Of a stretch of DNA of 64,000 bases, positions 28,349-39,521 are shown one piece after another. The position numbers and the translations under genes were made by a program. Below the pieces are notes generated by a model. The model did no database searches. It was not told the origin of the DNA and saw only the letters and a list, made by a program, of their open reading frames with translations. Each line of letters opens with the position of its first letter. Within the stretch, counting starts at the first letter, position 1. Origin of the DNA: an uncultured virus (IMG/VR IMGVR_UViG_3300028048_001320) (lineage: Duplodnaviria; Heunggongvirae; Uroviricota; Caudoviricetes); IMG/VR virus record IMGVR_UViG_3300028048_001320; one strand, given 5' to 3'.

Positions 28349-31300
28349 ATGGCAAATAAAAACGATATGTCTTCAACTCAAATTAAAGACATATTAATTA
28401 ATACTTTTAAAAAAAGTGCTGAAAAGTCTGTTCAAGATGCAGCTTATGATAAGACTATTTTAGCAACTATTCAATATTGTGCAGATGCTACAATAGGACA
28501 ATATAAAATTAAATATCAAAATGGGTATTATACTGCATATAGTAAAGATAATAATACTCTTTATACTAATGGAGCTTTAGTATATGTTTTAGTTCCTGGA
28601 AATAATATGAATAATAGAATGTTCATTTCAGGATTAGCTTCTAATGATAATAGACAAAAAGTATATGTTTCAAGTTTAGAGGGTGATCAGCAATACTATA
28701 GTGAAGGTTCTAATTATATTCTTGGATTGACTTCTATTACAAATAATCTTAATATGTCAACATATGATGCGCCAAACAAACTTTGGGTGCGCACATTATA
28801 TAATTTAGATGATACGAGACCAGAATGTATTCAACTTATTGATGGTATTAATGACTATTTAAAAGAGGCGGAATATATTAGAATTGGAGCAAAATTTCAA
28901 ACCAGTATTGCAGAAGACCGCCGTTATGGTGGAAATTATGGTCTTGTTTTTAAATTCAAATATAAGAGCGCTTCAACTCAACAAATTTACTTTAAAGAGT
29001 TTGTTTTAGATACTTTTAATATGTCAGGAACCCCTTTTAATTTTACTGTTGCTATGCCGCAATATGTATATTTTGAATTACCTCCAGAACATAAACAAGA
29101 GTTTCTTGGAGTTGAGTCAATTAGAGAATTTGTACAAAACTTTCCTGATTATGAAACTTTACCATCAGATAAATACGATATTAAAGTATCTGATTTATCT
29201 CTTCATAAAGCTATTAAACTTTATAATACTAATGATAATATATATAAACTTGCTATTATCAGTGAAGATAACTTTAATTTTGGAACAGGAGCAGATAGAA
29301 AAGATAATATTTATTGTTCAGCAGAATTACGTGTCAATGGTAATGCTGTTAAAGAATCTAGTGGACAAAATGTAGAATATTACTGGGCAAAAGAAGATGT
29401 TTCTGTTAATAATATAAATCATGCTAAATATAATAAGTATACTGGTAAAGGTTGGTATTGTTTAAATAAAAGTAGCAAAACTAATTATCAACCAGGAGAT
29501 GACATACAAAATTATACTATCCTTCAAGATGATATTAATACACCTGCAGAATATGTGTTATGGGATAGTAATGCAAAGCAAATTAAGATTAATCGTACTT
29601 TGTTTAATGGAAAAAAGATTCGTCTTAAATGCGTTGCAGTTTATGAAAATACAACAGTTCCATCAGAAATAAAAACTATTATTAATCCTGATGGATATTA
29701 TTTATTAATTAATTCTGATGGAGGAAAAGTTACTAGCGCAAATGGTAGAGGTAACTTTACTTTAACAGCGGGAGTATTTAAAGACGAAGATAGTGATGAA
29801 CCAGTTAGTCATACTTTAGACGAAGGTATTACATATGAATGGGTTGAACTAGATGAATTAAAGAATGAAAACAATTTACCTAGTCAGGTTCCTGAAGATA
29901 TACTGTTATCTGAATTAGAATGGGATGAAGATGAAGATAATGTTGATAAAACCGATGAAGAGGTTGCCGCATATTTAAGTGAACATCCTGAAAGTTATGC
30001 AGTATGTATAGAAAGATATAATTACTATGACGACCAAGTTACAATATATAGTCGTATAGAAGAACCTACTCAATCAGATATAGATAAATTAAATACTGCT
30101 ACTATTCGTAGAGATAATATTATAACTCAAAAACTAGCAGATATTTCAGAGTTATATATTAATGATATTAATAATTTTAAATATTATATATTTGGACCAA
30201 GTGAAACAACAGGTCAATATACTGCGCAACCGCATGATTATAAGAATGCTGCGATTGCATCAACAACAAGATATTATTATGGAACTTCAGAATATGAAAG
30301 TCATGCAAATCAGCTTAATACTTTATATCTATTGCCAGCAAGTAAAATAAAAGGTAGTATTACTTATAGAGTATCAGCCATTAAAACTGAAAACGGTCAA
30401 AAACAGTCTATTGGTACGGAAGAGATTATTTTAAATGATTCAGAACAGCCAAGTTTAAGATATGAACTTGAAATTGTAAATGGAACGAATTCATTTATTT
30501 ATGATACAGCCGGTAAAAAACCAGATATTGCAATCCCGCCATTAACATTTAGATTATATGATAATGAAAGAGACCATGAATTAATTTATGATAGTGCTGT
30601 TGATGATTCTGAACAAGAATATAATTTAACAATGTTAAAACCTAAATGGATTTTTTATAATTATAATAATACAATGTTAAAAAATGACTATAGAATTAAT
30701 GGAGATACTGTTAGACAATATGCTGGTGATGACAAAAAATATGAATTAACTAAAAATAATAAGTTTATTTGTAGACTTGCTGATAATTTTAATGAAAATT
30801 ATAGAAATAGTAATAATATTATTTTACAAATAACAATAGATAATGAAATAGTTACTGCGGTTACTAATTTCTTATTTTTAAAACAAGGTGATTTAAGTAC
30901 AAATGGTACGGGATTAGCATTAAATATTATTAATTCAAGTTATGAAGATTTTAAAAACGTATTAGCTAATCCTGAATATAGTAATATTGATGGACGTAAT
31001 TATACACCTGATGAAAGACATTTAAAAAATACTTATTTATATGCTACAATGTGTTATAATGCTGATGGTACTCAAGCAAGTGATGCTCGTACAGGTAGAG
31101 AAGATAGCGGTAAATATGTTAATTTACGTTTTCCATTAGGAGGAACAACTTTCCATGCAACAGATAGAATTGATTTAACTGCTCAGTGGTGGCAAAATGG
31201 TCAGGCTTTAAATGTAGATGATAATAATACTGTATGGAGTTTTGAAGATTGTACAAATGAAGGTAGTGGTGCAAATCGAAAAATTTATAGAGATTATTAT

Positions 31301-33958
31301 GGTAATAAATGTTACTTAAAGCCAGATTTAACACTCGCGCAAGATGGTACATATAAATCTAAATGTTCTGTTTCTATTGATTATATAGATGCAAATGTTG
31401 GATATACTTATATTCCTTCTCGTATTGATAACATTACTATAAGAGGTACAGATTATGATTATAAAGTATCTAATGACTTAGTAAAAGTTAAAGCCTCTAA
31501 AGATGTAATACAAGGTAATAATAATGACATGATTAAACGTAGTAATTATGGATATTATCCAATGCCTTATTTTTATTTTAATTATACTAAAAATAATCCT
31601 ATGCCAGATAATATTAATCCAGCTACGCATATTGTTATTACAGGTGGTTTTGATGAAATAAAATATGATAGCGCAGGCGCTAATCCGGAATATAATAAGC
31701 AAGAACCATTTTGTTTTCATTTATTTGATGAAAATCATAATGATATAACACAAGAGATATTGAATAATGTAGGAGTAGATGGACATAGCGTATATATTAA
31801 ATGGACGGTTTCAAATGGTTTAATAAAAACAAATACTATGACTCCTACTATTGCTAGTCAAATACCTCAGTATGAAAATATATCTAATACAGCACAATTA
31901 TTAGGACAATATTGTATTTATAATAATAAATACTATAAATGTATTCAAAATTATACAAAATCACAAACTATTTTAATAGACGAGGGCGATGATGTTATAC
32001 ATACTTATGAACCTGGTGATTTTGTTACTCCATATTGGGAGGAAGCTGATTTAAATGTAGATATGTATCAAAAATGCTCTGTTGCACCTGTTGATACATA
32101 TGAAACGCTAGCGCAAGCAGATTTATTTAACTCTTGGATTGATGTATTTGTTCAATATAAAAAAGATGCAAATACTACATATCAAGCAGAAGCTTTCTTA
32201 CCTATTAATGTATTTTGTAATAAATATGGTTCTCAAGAAATTAATAATTGGGATGGAAAGAAAACTATCGTTGATGATGGTTATATGATTAGTTCTAAAA
32301 TTGCAGCTGGCATAAAAGAAGAAAATAATACTTTTAGAGGTATTACTATTGGAACTAATTTTTATCAAGAAAATAATTCGCGTAATACAGAAGTTGGTTT
32401 ATTTGGTTATGGTTTGACTAAACGTGACCAACAAGGTAATTGGGATTCAAACTCATGGGCGCGAACTATATTTTTAGATTCAGACACTGGTCGTGCTATT
32501 TTTGGACCATCTGGCGCAACTCAAATTATACTAGACCCAAGAGTTGTTGATAATCCACAAACTTCAACAACACAAATCTGGTCAAGAATTGCTGGATGGT
32601 ATATCAGTCCAGATTATTTTTATAAGCCTATTGGAGAAAATACTGAACAAATTCAAGATTATTATAAAAATTATAGATTAAGTAAAAATTATGAGATTTT
32701 GCCTAGTTCAGGACAAGGTTCTATTGGAATGTATTGCCCATCTTATAAAACAGTAGATGATGAAGATATATGGTTATGGGCGGGACAAGATGCTGATGTT
32801 ACATATAATAATAAAGCAAAGGCTAATTTTAAATTAACTTATGGTGGAAAATTATATTGTAAAGAAGCTGATATAGAAGGCTCTATAAAAGCTAGTTCAG
32901 GATTTATTGGAAGCGATAGAACTAATGGTATTCAAATTAATTATGTTAAAGATAATAAAAGTTATATAATTTATAATCCTTATTTTTATGTAAGGCGTGA
33001 AGAAAATAACAGTTGTTCAGTTATGGTAAAAGGTGATATTCGCGCAAAGTCAGGTCAATTTGGTAGAGTTGATGAAGACGTTGATGGAACTTCACCTGGA
33101 GTAGTATTTGTTGAATATAGTTGGTTCCCTTGGCATTTACCTGCCGATAATGAAGAGTGGAACAATGAAACTATGTATGAAGTTACTACTGAAGGTAAAA
33201 GTTGTAGATATGCTTTATATAGTAAATATTTTTATATTACCAATTCAGGAGATACAGTATTTAAAGGTACTTTATTTGCTAAGAAAGGTCGTATTGGAGA
33301 CTGGGTTATTAAAAGTAATCGTTTATGTTCAACAGATGAGACAGTTTACCTTTCATCTACATCTGGATTACGACTTGGTACATTTTATGCTAGACCTGAT
33401 GGAAGTATTGGTAATCAAGGTCAATGGTGGATTACCGCGGATGGTAGAGCAAGTTTTGCTAATATAGGAAATGAATTTACAGGAAAAAGTTTTACTACTG
33501 CCGATGGAACGACAATGGGTGAAGGCGGATTAAGGCTTGGACCAGGAGATAAATTCTTCATAGGCGCAGATGATAATACTTATATGGTAGCCGGTAATAA
33601 CGGTTTTAGATTTAATGGCTATACAACTTTTACCGGAAAAATGACATTAGATAATAGTGATATTGATTTTACAGGTGGCAGCGGTACTGTTACTGTAAAT
33701 AGTAGTGGAGTTAGTTTAGGTACTTCAGGAAGTCAGTATAAACTATATGTTAATGGTAATGCATCATTAAACGAAGTTAATGTTAAATCATTAACTATTA
33801 ACAATGCATCATTAGATGATTATATTAAAAGTGTAATTAATGCAACTTATATTATGAATGTAGTTGGTAATAGATTCAAAGGATCATTTGCTTACCCTGA
33901 CGCTGATTGGAGTAATGTTAAAGGTCGCTCTCAAGCTGTAAATATAACTCCATTATAA
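28349..33958 (+). CDS. large tail tip/fibre (host-specificity) protein
   Basis: 1869 aa after TMP; Asn/Tyr-rich beta-type sequence; GxIGxW and GxIxAxSG repeats near the C-terminus. Confidence 0.7.
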   Translation: MANKNDMSSTQIKDILINTFKKSAEKSVQDAAYDKTILATIQYCADATIGQYKIKYQNGYYTAYSKDNNTLYTNGALVYVLVPGNNMNNRMFISGLASNDNRQKVYVSSLEGDQQYYSEGSNYILGLTSITNNLNMSTYDAPNKLWVRTLYNLDDTRPECIQLIDGINDYLKEAEYIRIGAKFQTSIAEDRRYGGNYGLVFKFKYKSASTQQIYFKEFVLDTFNMSGTPFNFTVAMPQYVYFELPPEHKQEFLGVESIREFVQNFPDYETLPSDKYDIKVSDLSLHKAIKLYNTNDNIYKLAIISEDNFNFGTGADRKDNIYCSAELRVNGNAVKESSGQNVEYYWAKEDVSVNNINHAKYNKYTGKGWYCLNKSSKTNYQPGDDIQNYTILQDDINTPAEYVLWDSNAKQIKINRTLFNGKKIRLKCVAVYENTTVPSEIKTIINPDGYYLLINSDGGKVTSANGRGNFTLTAGVFKDEDSDEPVSHTLDEGITYEWVELDELKNENNLPSQVPEDILLSELEWDEDEDNVDKTDEEVAAYLSEHPESYAVCIERYNYYDDQVTIYSRIEEPTQSDIDKLNTATIRRDNIITQKLADISELYINDINNFKYYIFGPSETTGQYTAQPHDYKNAAIASTTRYYYGTSEYESHANQLNTLYLLPASKIKGSITYRVSAIKTENGQKQSIGTEEIILNDSEQPSLRYELEIVNGTNSFIYDTAGKKPDIAIPPLTFRLYDNERDHELIYDSAVDDSEQEYNLTMLKPKWIFYNYNNTMLKNDYRINGDTVRQYAGDDKKYELTKNNKFICRLADNFNENYRNSNNIILQITIDNEIVTAVTNFLFLKQGDLSTNGTGLALNIINSSYEDFKNVLANPEYSNIDGRNYTPDERHLKNTYLYATMCYNADGTQASDARTGREDSGKYVNLRFPLGGTTFHATDRIDLTAQWWQNGQALNVDDNNTVWSFEDCTNEGSGANRKIYRDYYGNKCYLKPDLTLAQDGTYKSKCSVSIDYIDANVGYTYIPSRIDNITIRGTDYDYKVSNDLVKVKASKDVIQGNNNDMIKRSNYGYYPMPYFYFNYTKNNPMPDNINPATHIVITGGFDEIKYDSAGANPEYNKQEPFCFHLFDENHNDITQEILNNVGVDGHSVYIKWTVSNGLIKTNTMTPTIASQIPQYENISNTAQLLGQYCIYNNKYYKCIQNYTKSQTILIDEGDDVIHTYEPGDFVTPYWEEADLNVDMYQKCSVAPVDTYETLAQADLFNSWIDVFVQYKKDANTTYQAEAFLPINVFCNKYGSQEINNWDGKKTIVDDGYMISSKIAAGIKEENNTFRGITIGTNFYQENNSRNTEVGLFGYGLTKRDQQGNWDSNSWARTIFLDSDTGRAIFGPSGATQIILDPRVVDNPQTSTTQIWSRIAGWYISPDYFYKPIGENTEQIQDYYKNYRLSKNYEILPSSGQGSIGMYCPSYKTVDDEDIWLWAGQDADVTYNNKAKANFKLTYGGKLYCKEADIEGSIKASSGFIGSDRTNGIQINYVKDNKSYIIYNPYFYVRREENNSCSVMVKGDIRAKSGQFGRVDEDVDGTSPGVVFVEYSWFPWHLPADNEEWNNETMYEVTTEGKSCRYALYSKYFYITNSGDTVFKGTLFAKKGRIGDWVIKSNRLCSTDETVYLSSTSGLRLGTFYARPDGSIGNQGQWWITADGRASFANIGNEFTGKSFTTADGTTMGEGGLRLGPGDKFFIGADDNTYMVAGNNGFRFNGYTTFTGKMTLDNSDIDFTGGSGTVTVNSSGVSLGTSGSQYKLYVNGNASLNEVNVKSLTINNASLDDYIKSVINATYIMNVVGNRFKGSFAYPDADWSNVKGRSQAVNITPL

Positions 33959-33983
33959 AAAAGAGATAAAAGGAGATAAAAAA

Positions 33984-34214
33984 ATGGAACAAGATATTAG
34001 TTTAGTTATGGAAGAGTTCAAACAAAATATAATTGACACAATTAATAATTCACATTTCCCACCTGCTGTGTCATATTATATCTTAAAAGATATTTTTGCA
34101 AATGTAGAAGCTCAATATTTTAATTATTTAGATACGGTAAAGCGGCAGCTTAATACAGCTGCTGCCGCCGCACCGTCAGAAGAAATAGAAAATTCTGAAA
34201 CGATTGAGGACTAA
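33984..34214 (+). CDS. small hypothetical protein (possible fibre chaperone)
   Basis: ORF track, SD AAAGGAG. Confidence 0.7.
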   Translation: MEQDISLVMEEFKQNIIDTINNSHFPPAVSYYILKDIFANVEAQYFNYLDTVKRQLNTAAAAAPSEEIENSETIED

Positions 34215-34247
34215 ATTGCTAAAACTCTAATTAGGTTTTTTTAATTA
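34208..34247 (+). promoter_or_regulatory. putative late promoter
   Basis: GGACTAAATTGCTAAAACTCTAATTAGGTTTTTTTAATTA. Confidence 0.55.
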
Positions 34248-34280
34248 AGAAGAGAGATTTGAGGAAGGAGGACTCCATCT

Positions 34281-34745
34281 ATGCTAGAATTACTTTCAAA
34301 ATTTTCTATTGCTCAAATTCTTCTTTTCATAGTTTTACTTGCTATTGCCTTTAAAGAGGTAGCAGATTTCATTGATTGGGTACAAGATAAAATTAAAAAA
34401 AGAGATAAAAAAACTATTACTCAACAAGAAGAACAACAAAAACGAATAGACAGATTTGACCAACTAGAAAAGAATGTTGGTGAAATGAATGAATACATGA
34501 AAGATATGGGAAATAAAATCAATATCTTAATGGATTCAGACAAAGATGCCATAAAAGCATGGATTACAAGAGAGCATCATTATTTCTGTTATCAGCGGAA
34601 ATGGATTGATGATTATAGTCTTGATTGCTTAGAACGAAGGTATTCTCATTATGTAGAAGAAAATGGTAATAGTTTTATTTCAACCTTAATGGATGAATTA
34701 AGAGCCTTACCAAAAAAGGAACCTAACGATAACGATGATAATTAG
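34281..34745 (+). CDS. holin-like membrane protein
   Basis: Single N-terminal TM helix, coiled coil, C-terminal 'LERRYSHYVEENGNSFISTLMDELRALP' typical of Firmicute phage holin-like proteins. Confidence 0.6.
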   Translation: MLELLSKFSIAQILLFIVLLAIAFKEVADFIDWVQDKIKKRDKKTITQQEEQQKRIDRFDQLEKNVGEMNEYMKDMGNKINILMDSDKDAIKAWITREHHYFCYQRKWIDDYSLDCLERRYSHYVEENGNSFISTLMDELRALPKKEPNDNDDN

Positions 34746-34752
34746 TAGACAT

Positions 34753-34785
34753 TAAGGGAGCGCTAGTCGCTCCCTTATTGTTTTA
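34753..34785 (+). terminator. stem-loop terminator
   Basis: TAAGGGAGCG ctagt CGCTCCCTTA TTGTTTT. Confidence 0.75.
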
Positions 34786-34811
34786 TATTGAGATAAAAGG
34801 AGGTATAATAC

Positions 34812-36539
34812 ATGGCAACTATTGCAGAAGGTGGATTATTTCCACCAATAATTCAAGCTTATTTACCAGCGATAGCAATTAAAAACGAAGAACCATTTAT
34901 AACCATTCCATATAATACCTCTGAGTATAATACTTTATCAGATATTAAATCAATTCAAATTAGTATTACTAGACAAAGTAATTATGATTCATTATTTGAT
35001 AAAAATAAATATCGCAGAGGAATTTATGTTATTAATAACACATCATTAACATCTGAAGATAATACTTTAACAATTAGTAAAGATATATTAAATATGTCTC
35101 AGTTGAGTTATAATGAATATTATAAAGTTCAGTTAAGGTTTTCAAAAATTCCTTGTCCAGTTAACGCAGAACCTGGTCAAGCTTGCCTTATAGGAGAGCA
35201 ATTATCTTTATATTTATTAGATGAATCTAATTTAACTCAATTTTCAGAATGGTCAACAGTATGTTTAATAAGATTTATAGCTCCTCCAGTAATAACAATA
35301 GATTCAACTGCTGGACTTATATATCCAAGTCAAGACCAACCGACCTTACATTCAAGTAATTTAACAATATATGGTAATTATAAAAAAGAAAATATTAATG
35401 CACCTGATAATCCATTTCCATCAGAAATAGATAATGGTACAATAGATAAAGAATATTTATCTTCTTATCAAATTAAATTACTTACAATAGATAATTCTCC
35501 AGAGGTTATTTTTGACAGTGGGTCAATCAATGTTAATAAAGAAAATCCTAATGAATTTTATTATGAAATACCGTATTTCTTTAATAATAATGATACATTA
35601 ACTTTACAATTTACTTATGTAACAGCGAACTTATATACAGAAACTTTAAGTAATAATATATCTGTATCATATGACTCATCTAGTTGGGTTAATCAATCTT
35701 ATGTAGAAGAAGTTACATCTATAGATAATGTAATTGGTAAAGTAAATATTAGTTTTATGCCACAAGATGAAGAAGTCCCTGTTCCCGCGGGTTCTATATT
35801 AACTGTCCGCAGAGGAAATGACCAAGATGGTTTTAAAATATGGGATACAATATGGAGTAAAACATTACAAAGTCCATTAGACACTACTTTATCTGTTGAC
35901 GATTTTACAGTTGAAAGCGGTGTTTTATATAAATATGAAATTACTTTTACAGACCCTTCTACTAATGATAATTACACTATTGTGGAAGGTCCTGTTATGA
36001 CTATATTCGACCACGCCTTTTTAACGGGTGAAGGAACACAATTATGTGTAAAATTTAATCCTAATATTGGTTCATATAAGATTAATGTTGGAGATAATAT
36101 AACTAATACATTAGGTAGTCAATATCCATTTACACAAAGAAATGGAGATATGTATTATAGAACTTTTTCATTGTCTGGTACTATTGCATATGAAATGGAT
36201 GTTCAACATCAATTTTATACTAGAACAGAAATGTATGGAGAATGGATTGATGTATATGGTAGTTATTTTGTTAATCATTATATCAATCAACAAAATGACA
36301 AAATTACTCAACGTAAATTTAGAGAAAAAGTAATGGAATATCTTTATAATGATATACCTAAATTATTCAGGTCTACCCCAGAAGGTAATATTCTCGTTAC
36401 TATTACAGATGTTAATTTAACACCTAATCAGCAAATTGGTCGTTTAGTTTATGATTTTAGCTGCACCGCAACAGAAATTGGTGAAGCTTCTATTGAAAAT
36501 TGTAAACTATATAAAATACAAGATTTTGGAGATTTATAA
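34812..36539 (+). CDS. tail/baseplate protein (distal-tail-like C-terminus)
   Basis: 'DDFTVESGVLYKY' and 'TNTLGSQYPF...YRTFSLSGTI...PKLFRSTPEGNILV...DFSCTATEIG' resemble Dit-type proteins. Confidence 0.55.
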   Translation: MATIAEGGLFPPIIQAYLPAIAIKNEEPFITIPYNTSEYNTLSDIKSIQISITRQSNYDSLFDKNKYRRGIYVINNTSLTSEDNTLTISKDILNMSQLSYNEYYKVQLRFSKIPCPVNAEPGQACLIGEQLSLYLLDESNLTQFSEWSTVCLIRFIAPPVITIDSTAGLIYPSQDQPTLHSSNLTIYGNYKKENINAPDNPFPSEIDNGTIDKEYLSSYQIKLLTIDNSPEVIFDSGSINVNKENPNEFYYEIPYFFNNNDTLTLQFTYVTANLYTETLSNNISVSYDSSSWVNQSYVEEVTSIDNVIGKVNISFMPQDEEVPVPAGSILTVRRGNDQDGFKIWDTIWSKTLQSPLDTTLSVDDFTVESGVLYKYEITFTDPSTNDNYTIVEGPVMTIFDHAFLTGEGTQLCVKFNPNIGSYKINVGDNITNTLGSQYPFTQRNGDMYYRTFSLSGTIAYEMDVQHQFYTRTEMYGEWIDVYGSYFVNHYINQQNDKITQRKFREKVMEYLYNDIPKLFRSTPEGNILVTITDVNLTPNQQIGRLVYDFSCTATEIGEASIENCKLYKIQDFGDL

Positions 36540-36550
36540 GGAGGTGCCGT

Positions 36551-38797
36551 ATGAAAAAAGCATATCCTTATTTAAAAGATATTCCTTTTTTAAATAAAAT
36601 ATATAAACTTCATCATAAGACTATTTATTCACGAGTTACCGTATTAGATTGGCAAGAACGCAGATTACAAGAAATTCAAGGTAAAATAATTTCAGGTAGC
36701 TTGTCAGTAAATGGAGACTCTTCTGTTAGAAGAACTTGTAATATGTCGATTCATATTACAAGTAATGATGATTTGTATAAAAATACAGATAGTTTATTTA
36801 CTATTAATAAAAAGGTGTTTATTGAAATTGGTATAAAGAATAATCTTGCTCATCTAGGACAAGATTACTATCCTGAATATGATACTATTTGGTTTCCTTT
36901 TGGAGTATATATAATTCAAAATCATTCTATATCTCGTAGTGTTGGTGATATGACATTAAATCTATCACTTGGAGATAAAATGTGCTTATTAAATGGAGAG
37001 GCGGGAGGTACCATCCCCGCTTCTACCAATTTTGAGTCTTATGATACACTAGGCCCAGATGGAGATTTACATAGTGAATATCTTCAAATTAATAGAATTA
37101 TTCCTGAATTAGTAAATCACTTTGGAAAAGAAGATTTAAATAATATTATTGTAAACGATATAGATGATAGAATTAAACAAGTATTAAAGTGGAGAGGACA
37201 AAATGCTTTATTTTTATGGCAGTCTGTGCAAGATCCCGCAGAATCTTTTTATACTACAATAGATGCTCCTTTAGATGGTATTGAACCTAGTGAGTGGGCA
37301 GTTAAAAAGATTATTTACAACTATGATGCGGGATATACTTATGTTCCTTTTGTGTATCCTGGTGAATTAACTGCTAATGCGGGAGATAGTGTATGCACAG
37401 TATTAGATAAAATTAAAAATACTTTAGGTAATTATGAATATTATTATGATGTATTTGGTACTTTTATTTTTCAAGAAATAAAAAATTATGTAAATACATC
37501 AGAATGGAGAACAGTATTTCAAGAATATAAACAAGGTAATGAAGATGTATTTATGCCTTATACTTATAATACTCGTTTAAATACTGCGGTTTATAGTTTT
37601 GAAGATAGTACTTTAATTACAAACTATAGTAATAGTCCTCAATTTAATATGGTTAAAAATGACTTTATTGTGTGGGGCGCGCGAAAAGGCGACAATGGAA
37701 TAGATTATCCATGTAGATACCATTTAGCTATTGATGATAAGCCTATTGTACAAAATTTAACTTTATCAAATATTTGCTTTGATACCAGTGTAGATGATGG
37801 TATTAGAAGAGCCTTCATAGCAGATACTAGATTTTCTACTATTGAAGATTTAAAAGAGCATTTACCTACAGGTATTGTTGGACAATATTTTGCAATACCA
37901 ACCCCGCAAGAATCCGGAAGTTATGATATTTATACATGGGTAACAGATATTAATAATTATAATACTTTATTAAATAATTATCTTACTTCTGCTGGAATAG
38001 ATACTTACCTTGAAACTCCTTCCGCAGATGACCCAAACCAAATTATTAGTGGATATATAAAATTGCCATTAGCAACTTTTTATCCTAATTTTAGTATATA
38101 TAGAACTAAAGAAACAACAGACTGGAGAAACGTACTTTATTTTCAAGGTTTGTTAGATAGTAGAAATGGATTAAATACAAATTATTATTGGGCTGAGATG
38201 TGTAACGAGTGGCCCAAGCTATATGACATAGAAAACAATGAATGGAAAGCGGAAACACTGAACTTTCCTTCTTCGTTGGATTGGTGGTTAGATATTATAG
38301 ATAATGATGCGGCGCTTAATCAATTTTCGGTTAATGCCATTGGTAGAAGAAGTTATGCAACTACTGATAGCAGTTGTAATTGTGTATTTGAACCAGATAT
38401 ACCTGATTTCATCATGGTAAATACTATTGAATCTTTTGATGAAGAAGGCAATCCAATTATTATTGATATTAGAAGTAAAGAGACTCTTACGCAGTTATCT
38501 GAATTAGGATTATACCCTGTACAAGTTTCTGATAGTATATATCAAGCTTTAGATGCGGGTGGTACTTTTAATTCATGTTATCAACATGTAAGACAGTTAT
38601 TAACTAATTATACAAACTATAATGAAAATATATCAATTACTTGTATTCCAGTTTATCACTTAGAACCAAATACTAGAGTATTTTTTAATGACCCAGCATC
38701 AGGAATATATGGAGATTATATTATTAATACTATTAGTTTTGATTTAGGCGGCGGCTTGATGAATATAAATGCTAAAAAAGTTGTCGAAAAGATATAA
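36551..38797 (+). CDS. baseplate hub/tail-tip protein (DUF5048-like)
   Basis: 'SGSLSVNGDSSVRRTC...FGVY...DKMCLLNG...EYYYDVFGTFIFQ...ISITCIPVYHLEPN...GDYIINTIS' hub-type pattern. Confidence 0.6.
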   Translation: MKKAYPYLKDIPFLNKIYKLHHKTIYSRVTVLDWQERRLQEIQGKIISGSLSVNGDSSVRRTCNMSIHITSNDDLYKNTDSLFTINKKVFIEIGIKNNLAHLGQDYYPEYDTIWFPFGVYIIQNHSISRSVGDMTLNLSLGDKMCLLNGEAGGTIPASTNFESYDTLGPDGDLHSEYLQINRIIPELVNHFGKEDLNNIIVNDIDDRIKQVLKWRGQNALFLWQSVQDPAESFYTTIDAPLDGIEPSEWAVKKIIYNYDAGYTYVPFVYPGELTANAGDSVCTVLDKIKNTLGNYEYYYDVFGTFIFQEIKNYVNTSEWRTVFQEYKQGNEDVFMPYTYNTRLNTAVYSFEDSTLITNYSNSPQFNMVKNDFIVWGARKGDNGIDYPCRYHLAIDDKPIVQNLTLSNICFDTSVDDGIRRAFIADTRFSTIEDLKEHLPTGIVGQYFAIPTPQESGSYDIYTWVTDINNYNTLLNNYLTSAGIDTYLETPSADDPNQIISGYIKLPLATFYPNFSIYRTKETTDWRNVLYFQGLLDSRNGLNTNYYWAEMCNEWPKLYDIENNEWKAETLNFPSSLDWWLDIIDNDAALNQFSVNAIGRRSYATTDSSCNCVFEPDIPDFIMVNTIESFDEEGNPIIIDIRSKETLTQLSELGLYPVQVSDSIYQALDAGGTFNSCYQHVRQLLTNYTNYNENISITCIPVYHLEPNTRVFFNDPASGIYGDYIINTISFDLGGGLMNINAKKVVEKI

Positions 38798-38837
38798 AAA
38801 TAAAGGGAGAAGCACTTTTGCTTCTCCCTATTTTTTT
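38797..38837. terminator. bidirectional terminator between the convergent modules
   Basis: A-tract AGGGAGAAGCA cttt TGCTTCTCCCT T-tract. Confidence 0.85.
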
Positions 38838-39360
38838 ATTCCCAATTAAAAGGTTGTGGCTCAGGTTTACTATTTACCTTAGAATGTCCTATACAAATAG
38901 CATCAGCTATATCATCATTTACTGAAATATTATAGGTATTTTTTACGAATTGTACATCCCGCACTTTTAACACGTCTCTCGTTGCTCCACCTTGCTTAAT
39001 TCCACAATTTTTACGCCATGATGAAGCACCTATAAATTCAATATCTTTTTTATAATGATGAAACATTAATGCTATTGCCGCTTGTAAATAAAACAATGCT
39101 TTAAATGTATTTTGGTTTTTTGACCATTTTACTTCATCTAAATTGTCTGGTATAATTTGTTCCATTACAATTTGAACATTATTATTTTGATAAGTATTAT
39201 ATATTGATTCTATTGCATCTGTCATATTTTTAATTCTAAGCAATACATCTTTAGATGATTGAGTTATACATTCATATTGAATTAAATCTTTATTTTTAAA
39301 AATAGCTATACCAGTTGATTTTGTACTGGCATCAATAGCTATTGTGTATATGTCACTCAT
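38836..39360 (-). CDS. ruvC: RuvC-like Holliday junction resolvase
   Basis: IAIDASTKSTGIAIF ... IVMEQ ... SSWRK ... NDDIADAICIG. Confidence 0.85.
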   Translation of the reverse strand: MSDIYTIAIDASTKSTGIAIFKNKDLIQYECITQSSKDVLLRIKNMTDAIESIYNTYQNNNVQIVMEQIIPDNLDEVKWSKNQNTFKALFYLQAAIALMFHHYKKDIEFIGASSWRKNCGIKQGGATRDVLKVRDVQFVKNTYNISVNDDIADAICIGHSKVNSKPEPQPFNWE

Positions 39361-39384
39361 GTTATATACCTCCTATCTATATCC

Positions 39385-39413
39385 AGTATATCAAAAATTT
39401 TTATTTTTGTCAA
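39385..39413 (-). promoter_or_regulatory. sigma-A promoter
   Basis: TTGACA aaaataaaaatttttga TATACT. Confidence 0.8.
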
Positions 39414-39521
39414 GCGGCGAGGGTGTTAAAATCTTATCAACGATTTTTTTAGATGAATGAATAAGTTATCATCTTAATTGTTTTTGCAGTAAAAATTATA
39501 TAATTATTGGCAACTGGAAAT

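Noticed and set aside
5486..33467. Short overlapping or antisense ORFs in the virion module (5486, 6430, 8733, 9449, 12470, 14647, 15577, 16524, 16531, 17093, 17265, 21844, 25083, 28057, 29049, 30162, 31119, 31478, 33108)
   Set aside because: They lie in alternative frames of long genes, lack SD sites and have atypical composition.
28349..33958. Diversity-generating retroelement target in the tail fibre
   Set aside because: No reverse transcriptase or template/variable repeat pair is visible in this window.
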